Of a DNA stretch of 64,000 nt, positions 57,114-64,000 are shown in pieces (position 1 is the stretch's first letter; each line of letters starts with the position of its first letter). The position numbers and the translations under genes are program-made. Origin of the DNA: an uncultured Actinomycetes bacterium (lineage in GTDB: Bacteria; Actinomycetota; UBA4738; HRBIN12); the NCBI GenBank assembly GCA_963706005.1, contig CAVPLL010000002.1:150148-214147 (forward strand), given 5' to 3'. The notes beneath the pieces were generated by a model. It did not search any database. It worked only from the letters and a program-made list of their open reading frames with translations, and was not told the origin of the DNA.

Positions 57114-57464
57114 TCAGATGGTTCGCCCGTGCGCCGGGCGACGTTGCCTCCGGGCGACCCAGAGGAACCCGGCCGCGAGGAGCGAACCCGTGAGTGCGAT
57201 CGCTACGCGAACCCCCATCCGAGGGTCTCGCGACATCGAGTAGTCGGGGATCGTCCGGCTCGGGGTGGAGGGGGCGGGGTGTGTGCCGTCGGAGACGCAC
57301 ACGGTGCCGGAGGCGTGGGTCGCCGGCGGGCACGCCGACGGGAGGGCGAGTGCGACCGTGGTCAGTCCCGCGAACACGGTCACGGCGAGCGCGAACATGA
57401 TGGCCATCCGCCGGTTCGTTGGACGCCTCCTCACGTCCGGAACGGACGTGCTTGCCTGAGACAT
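57114..57464 (-). CDS. Hypothetical small membrane protein (N-terminal signal/anchor and C-terminal TM helix with basic tail)
   Basis: MAIMFALAVTVFAGLTTVALALPSA.. and ..AIALTGSLLAAGFLWVARRQRRP. Coding status is uncertain. Confidence 0.4.
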   Translation of the reverse strand: MSQASTSVPDVRRRPTNRRMAIMFALAVTVFAGLTTVALALPSACPPATHASGTVCVSDGTHPAPSTPSRTIPDYSMSRDPRMGVRVAIALTGSLLAAGFLWVARRQRRPAHGRTI

Positions 57465-57525
57465 CGGAATGCGGTCGGCCGTCCTTCAGCCCGAATCGGG
57501 GGGATCGGTGCGGCCTCGGTGACCG

Positions 57526-58170
57526 CTAGAGCTTGCGGAGGACCGCGACGACCCTGCCGAGGATCCGGCCCTGCGGGTCCATGTCGAACGGATCCATGGC
57601 TGGGTTCTCCGGGACGAGCATGACCTTCCCTCGCTGGCGCCGGAGGCGCTTGACCGTCGCCTCGTCCTCGGCCGGACCCGGAAGGAGCACGGCGACGACG
57701 TCGCCGTCGTCGGCGGCCTCCTGCGCGCGGACGATCACGACGTCGCCGTCGAGGATGCCCGCGTCGACCATCGAGTCGCCCCGCACGGTGAGGGCGAAGT
57801 GCTCGGCGTCGCCCGCGTAGCCCATCGGGACGACGAGGTGCTCCTCGACGTTCTGCTCGGCGAGCACGGGGGAGCCCGCCGCGATCCGCCCCACGAGCGG
57901 GACGACGACGCCCTCGGCGCGGTTGGCGTCGGACAGGGTCATCGCCCGCGGCTTGGTGGGGTCCTTGGTGATGAGCCCCCGGCGCTCGAGGTTCGCGAGC
58001 TGCGCGTGGACGCTCGACGACGAGGTCAGACCCACCGCTTCGCCGATCTCGCGCACGGTGGGGGGGTACCCGCGCTCGCGAACGGTCGATGCGATGTAGT
58101 CCACGATCCGGCGCTGGCGCGCGGTGAGCGGTTCGGTCTCGGATGCCTCGGATGGGTCCCTGGGAGCCAT
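57526..58170 (-). CDS. lexA: LexA repressor
   Basis: LTARQRRIVDYI..GYPPTVREIG winged helix. S24 peptidase domain with VRGDSM and ATVKRL. SD GAAGGAGG before ATG 58170. Confidence 0.95.
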   Translation of the reverse strand: MAPRDPSEASETEPLTARQRRIVDYIASTVRERGYPPTVREIGEAVGLTSSSSVHAQLANLERRGLITKDPTKPRAMTLSDANRAEGVVVPLVGRIAAGSPVLAEQNVEEHLVVPMGYAGDAEHFALTVRGDSMVDAGILDGDVVIVRAQEAADDGDVVAVLLPGPAEDEATVKRLRRQRGKVMLVPENPAMDPFDMDPQGRILGRVVAVLRKL

Positions 58171-58222
58171 GTCGGTGCCTCCTTCTAGCCTCGGGGGACG
58201 CTAGCACGAGGCGGAGGGGCGT

Positions 58223-58238
58223 TCAAACATATGTTCGG
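58223..58238. promoter_or_regulatory. LexA box 1 (overlaps the putative lexA -35)
   Basis: TCAAACATATGTTCGG matches 10 of 12 consensus positions. The minus-strand TTGAAC (58221-58226) and TAGCGT (58198-58203) are 17 nt apart. Confidence 0.65.
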
Positions 58239-58246
58239 TTCCGTGC

Positions 58247-58274
58247 TTGACCTCGAACACCTGTTCGGTAGGAT
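58247..58274 (+). promoter_or_regulatory. Putative promoter of the LysM gene (apparently leaderless transcript)
   Basis: TTGACC (58247-58252), 16-nt spacer that is LexA box 2, TAGGAT (58269-58274). The ATG at 58281 lies 7 nt after the -10 and there is no SD. Confidence 0.5.
58253..58268. promoter_or_regulatory. LexA box 2
   Basis: TCGAACACCTGTTCGG matches 11 of 12 consensus positions. Confidence 0.8.
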
Positions 58275-58280
58275 GGCGCC

Positions 58281-58571
58281 ATGAGTCGAACGCGTGTTCG
58301 CCGACGCCGACTGGCCCTGACCCTGTCGTTCGCCCTGGTAGCGGCCGCCTGGGCCGGGCCCGCGGTCCGGGCGCTCGGGTCCCCGGAACGGCCCGTGCGG
58401 GTCGCCCGGACCTCCTACGTGGTGCGGGAGGGGGACACGCTCTGGGCGATCGCCCGGCGCCTGGCGCCGACCAGCGATCCCCGTCCGATCGTGGACGCCC
58501 TCGCGACGGCCAACGGCATCGAAGCCGGCGAGCTCGTGCCGGGTCAGACGCTCGTGGTCTGGTCCTCCTGA
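58281..58571 (+). CDS. Small LysM-domain protein divergent from lexA (same arrangement as mycobacterial chiZ)
   Basis: N-terminal basic region plus hydrophobic anchor. LysM core YVVREGDTLWAIARRL..ANGI..LVPGQTLVV. Confidence 0.8.
   Translation: MSRTRVRRRRLALTLSFALVAAAWAGPAVRALGSPERPVRVARTSYVVREGDTLWAIARRLAPTSDPRPIVDALATANGIEAGELVPGQTLVVWSS
58286..58301. promoter_or_regulatory. LexA box 3 (inside codons 2-7 of the LysM gene)
   Basis: TCGAACGCGTGTTCGC matches 11 of 12 consensus positions. Confidence 0.6.
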
Positions 58572-58610
58572 GCGGGTCTTCGCTCGAGTGTCTACCGACC
58601 GAATCGATCG

Positions 58611-59408
58611 TCACGACGACCGGGGCGGATCCGGGCCGCCGGCGGCCAGTGACCTTCGGAGCGCGACCAGCTCGTTCCTGATCTCCACGAGTTCGGCCTG
58701 CACGCTCCGGTCGGCGGCCGCGTCTGCGTCACGTTCCTCCTGCGTCGCGGGCGGAGGAACGAGGATGCTCGCCAAGATGCTCGCCAGCGCCCCGATGATC
58801 CCGACGCCGGCGAACATGACCAGCACGGCCGTGATCCGCCCGAGCGTCGTGATCGGGTACTCGTCGCCGTACCCGACCGTGGTGATCGTGACGACACCCC
58901 ACCACAACGCGCCGCCCCCCGTCTTGATGTTCGCGTCGGGCGACCTGCTCTCGAACTGCAGCACCAGGATGCTGGAGAGGGTAAGGACCATGAACGCCAG
59001 CAGCACCGTCACGAACGCCGCGTATTGCCCGCGGTGGGTGACGACATCGTCGACCAACTCCCGCTTGTTCTTGCCACGCATCAAACGCGTGATCCGCGCG
59101 ACCCGGCTGAGCCTTGCCAGTCGCAGCAGCGCCGTGAACCTGAAGAACCCGAAGGCCGGGATCGAGCCGATCAGGTCCAGCCAGCCCCGTCGCCCGATGA
59201 AGTAGGAGCGCTTCGGCTTGGATCGCGCCAGGTTCGTCGCGAAATCGAAGAGGAAGACGACGCAGATCAGGTTGTCGTAGACCGTCAGCAGCTGGATCGT
59301 CGCGTCGCTCAGCGGCAACAGGAGAGCCACCATGATCACGAGCGAGAGGATCGTGAGGACGAGGATGAAGAGGTTGTACGCGTTGCTCTTCTGGGCGGTA
59401 TCGGACAT
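58611..59408 (-). CDS. Voltage-gated-type K+ channel (ion transport family, 6TM)
   Basis: S4-like RFTALLRLARLSRVARITRLMR with basic residues at every third position. Selectivity filter TTVGYGDEYP. Alternative starts at 59438 and 59486. GC is about 57-63% in three 60-nt lines I counted. Confidence 0.8.
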   Translation of the reverse strand: MSDTAQKSNAYNLFILVLTILSLVIMVALLLPLSDATIQLLTVYDNLICVVFLFDFATNLARSKPKRSYFIGRRGWLDLIGSIPAFGFFRFTALLRLARLSRVARITRLMRGKNKRELVDDVVTHRGQYAAFVTVLLAFMVLTLSSILVLQFESRSPDANIKTGGGALWWGVVTITTVGYGDEYPITTLGRITAVLVMFAGVGIIGALASILASILVPPPATQEERDADAAADRSVQAELVEIRNELVALRRSLAAGGPDPPRSS

Positions 59409-59586
59409 ATTGGACACGGATCTGCTCCCCCCTTCCATCCCGTTCTGGGGTGCCCAGGCGGGTGACGCGAGCGTAGACCCAGTCACTCGCCTGGATCGGG
59501 ATTCGGATCAGCATGACCTCGTCCGGCGCCTTACTAGGGCCGCTCGGCCATCGCGGCGCCTGCCCCTTCTCGTTCTCCTGCTCTCC

Positions 59587-59616
59587 TTGACGCCCGCTTC
59601 ATCTCGCGGCTACCGT
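59587..59616 (+). promoter_or_regulatory. Putative nrdR promoter
   Basis: TTGACG (59587-59592), 18-nt spacer, TACCGT (59611-59616). The -10 hexamer is the same as at recA. Confidence 0.35.
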
Positions 59617-59650
59617 GCCCCGGTCCACCAGATGTTGGGGTGTGAGGAGA

Positions 59651-60124
59651 ATGCGCTGTCCGTGGTGCGGGCACGGCGAGGACAAGGTCGTGGACTCCCG
59701 GCCGGCCGAGCGCGGTGACGCGATCCGCCGCCGCCGCCAGTGCCTGTCCTGCGGGCGTCGGTTCACGACCTACGAGCGGGTGGAGCAGCTCGCCCTGGTC
59801 GTCGTGAAGCGGGACGGGACGAGTGAGCCCTGGGACCGGGAGAAGATGGTCTCGGGCATCCGCAAGGCCCTGGTGAACCGGCCCGTCACCGAGGAGCAGT
59901 TCGGCGCCGTGGTCACCCGGATCGAGGAGCGGCTGCGCCGCAAGGGGCCCGAGATCACCTCGCAGCAGATCGGCCTCGAGGTCCTGGCGAACCTCCAGAA
60001 GCTCGACCAGGTCGCCTACGTGCGGTTCGCGAGCGTCTACAAGGACTTCCAGGAGATCGGCGACTTCGAGCGGGAGTTCGGCCTCCTCCTGCAGAAGAAG
60101 GAGTCCAAGGCGCGTTCGCGCTGA
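59651..60124 (+). CDS. nrdR: Transcriptional repressor NrdR
   Basis: MRCPWCGHGEDKVVDSR..CLSCGRRFTTYE zinc ribbon plus ATP-cone. SD GAGGAG before ATG 59651. Confidence 0.95.
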   Translation: MRCPWCGHGEDKVVDSRPAERGDAIRRRRQCLSCGRRFTTYERVEQLALVVVKRDGTSEPWDREKMVSGIRKALVNRPVTEEQFGAVVTRIEERLRRKGPEITSQQIGLEVLANLQKLDQVAYVRFASVYKDFQEIGDFEREFGLLLQKKESKARSR

Positions 60125-60127
60125 CCT

Positions 60128-60170
60128 ACCATATCTTGTGGATGTCACAACCCTGTACCACAAGATATCC
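60128..60170. promoter_or_regulatory. Pair of NrdR-box-like sites upstream of nrdJ
   Basis: ACCATATCTTGTGG (60128-60141) and CCACAAGATATCC (60158-60170) form an inverted pair with centres about 30 bp apart. Each resembles one good half of the NrdR-box palindrome acaCwAtATaTwGtgt. Confidence 0.6.
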
Positions 60171-60290
60171 TCGATGGAGGCTTGACTGCGGTCGAGCGGC
60201 GGGTACAGAATCACACGCCTGTAGTTCTCCACAGTTCCTTCCCCACCCGTGGAAAGACTGGCCGAGAGCCGATCGACGAGGGAGGTGCCG

Positions 60291-63038
<2,748 letters not shown>

Positions 63039-63100
63039 GGGCGTTCGCCGGCGGGGCGCTCGACGCTCCGGCCCGCGTCCGTTCGGCTAGGCTCGCGGCG

Positions 63101-63472
63101 ATGACGCATCGGCTCACCGGGATCCACCACATCCAGCTCGCGATGCCGGTCGGCGAGGAGGAGGCCGGCCGGCGCTTCTACGGCGAGTTGCTGGGCCTGC
63201 CCGAGGTGCCCAAGCCCAGCGAGCTCGCGCCGCGCGGGGGGATCTGGTTCCGTTCGGGCGACCTCGAGGTGCACCTCGGCGTCGAGCGGGCGGACTTCCG
63301 GCCGGCGTCCAAGGCCCATCCCGCGTTCGTGGTGACCGGGCTCGACGAGCTCCGGGAGCTGCTCGAGGGCGCCGGGTACCGGATCGACGAGGACGTGCAG
63401 CTCGAGGGGTACCGGCGGTTCCACGTCCGGGACCCGTTCGGCAACCGCCTCGAGCTCGTCGAGCCCGTGTGA
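63101..63472 (+). CDS. Glyoxalase/bleomycin-resistance/dioxygenase (VOC) family protein
   Basis: IHHIQLAMPVGEEEAGRRFYGELLGL..HPAF..FHVRDPFGNRLELVE. Confidence 0.8.
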   Translation: MTHRLTGIHHIQLAMPVGEEEAGRRFYGELLGLPEVPKPSELAPRGGIWFRSGDLEVHLGVERADFRPASKAHPAFVVTGLDELRELLEGAGYRIDEDVQLEGYRRFHVRDPFGNRLELVEPV

Positions 63473-63906
63473 CCGAGCTGGCCTTCCGGCGCCTCGACCC
63501 CGACGCCAGGTTGCCGGAGCGCGCGCACCCGGGCGACGCCGGGTTCGATCTCCGCTCGATCGAGGACGTCGAGGTCGGACCGGGGGAGCGGGCGATGGTG
63601 CGGACCGGGCTCGCCGTAGCGATCTCGGACGGGCACGCGGGCCTGGTGCTGCCGAGGAGCGGGCTGGCCTCCAAGCACGGCCTCACCCTCGCGAACGCGC
63701 CCGGCCTGATCGACGCGGGGTACCGAGGGGAGCTGATCTGCTCGGTCGTGAACCTGGACCGGGAGGAGAGCGTCAGGATCGCGCGAGGTGACCGGATCGC
63801 CCAGCTCGTGATCGTCGGCGTGCCGGATGTCCGGCCGGCGTGGGTGGACGAGCTGCCGCCCTCGGGGCGCGGCGAGGGGGGGTTCGGCTCAACCGGGAGC
63901 CGATGA
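63469..63906 (+). CDS. dut: dUTP diphosphatase
   Basis: AGFDLRS, PRSGLASKHG, IDAGYRGEL, RIAQLV, GFGSTG. The five dUTPase motifs are present. The start overlaps the VOC gene stop (GTGA). Confidence 0.9.
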   Translation: MTELAFRRLDPDARLPERAHPGDAGFDLRSIEDVEVGPGERAMVRTGLAVAISDGHAGLVLPRSGLASKHGLTLANAPGLIDAGYRGELICSVVNLDREESVRIARGDRIAQLVIVGVPDVRPAWVDELPPSGRGEGGFGSTGSR

Positions 63907-63953
63907 GGACGGTTGAAGCTCCTCGTCCGGGGAGCCTAGACTCGAAGGTCAGC

Positions 63954-64000
63954 GCGGACGTGGCTCAGCGGTAGAGCACCACCTTGCCAAGGTGGGGGTC
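63954..64000 (+). tRNA. tRNA-Gly (anticodon GCC), 3' part cut by the window edge
   Basis: GCGGACG (acceptor), TG, GCTC-AGCGGTA-GAGC (D arm), A, CCACC-TTGCCAA-GGTGG (anticodon arm with GCC at positions 34-36), then GGGTC. Confidence 0.85.

Noticed and set aside
57114-57200. A sortase (LPXTG/LAXTG) sorting signal at the C-terminus of the 116-aa hypothetical protein.
   Set aside because: The sequence is ..AIALTGSLLAAGFLWVARRQRRP. The hydrophobic stretch plus basic tail fit, but IALTG does not match LPXTG or LAXTG in register.
58595-59500. Imperfect inverted repeats (CCGAATCGATCG near 58598 and GGATCGGGATTCGG near 59486) flanking the K+ channel gene as possible insertion scars.
   Set aside because: There are only 7+5 matching bases with an indel. 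Both lie partly inside the ORF or its possible 5' extension. A match of this size is expected by chance in 64 kb.

Overview
Very GC-rich window (about 70% by eye, not computed). It looks like a chromosomal core segment with actinobacterial-type gene order and actinobacterial-type LexA and NrdR operators. I can support about 60 protein genes, mostly housekeeping. In order: an S8 peptidase fragment; trpE-trpG; proS; rimP-nusA-ylxR-infB-DUF503-rbfA-nrnA-truB; a membrane-lipid cluster (flippase-like, PAP2, lipoprotein, PAP2+kinase fusion); an OpuAC-like binding protein; ppk2; ribF; a CapA-like gene; two receptor Ser/Thr kinases flanking a small secreted Cys protein; rpsO-pnp-M16 peptidase-dapB; PIG-L deacetylase, Eis-like GNAT, LysE and a His-phosphatase; PduO-type adenosyltransferase; dapA-rnj-ftsK; a RodZ-like gene; cinA-thpR-recA-recX-rny-miaB-miaA-dapF-dapL-hflX; an F420/LLM oxidoreductase, acyl-CoA dehydrogenase and SIS protein; lexA with a divergent LysM gene; a Kv-type K+ channel; nrdR-nrdJ; a VOC gene; dut; and a truncated tRNA-Gly(GCC) at the right edge. 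I found no transposase, integrase, phage gene, CRISPR array or recognisable defence gene, and no convincing complete new multi-gene system. The most unusual observations are these. (1) A tandem 14-nt repeat at the cinA/thpR junction builds three chained 4-codon mini-ORFs joined by TGATG stop-start overlaps. (2) Five conserved genes (trpG, PAP2-kinase, pnp, dapF, hflX) each carry exactly one extra base; this is most likely indel error, but the direction is strikingly uniform. (3) Two paralogous receptor kinases with unusual ectodomains (FN3; proprotein-convertase P-domain plus jelly-roll) bracket a low-GC secreted 4-Cys protein. (4) The lexA/LysM divergent region holds three phased LexA boxes and an apparently leaderless LysM gene. 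(5) A four-gene membrane-lipid cluster is built around PAP2 domains and an atypical kinase. All family assignments come from motif recognition in the supplied translations; no database search was run.
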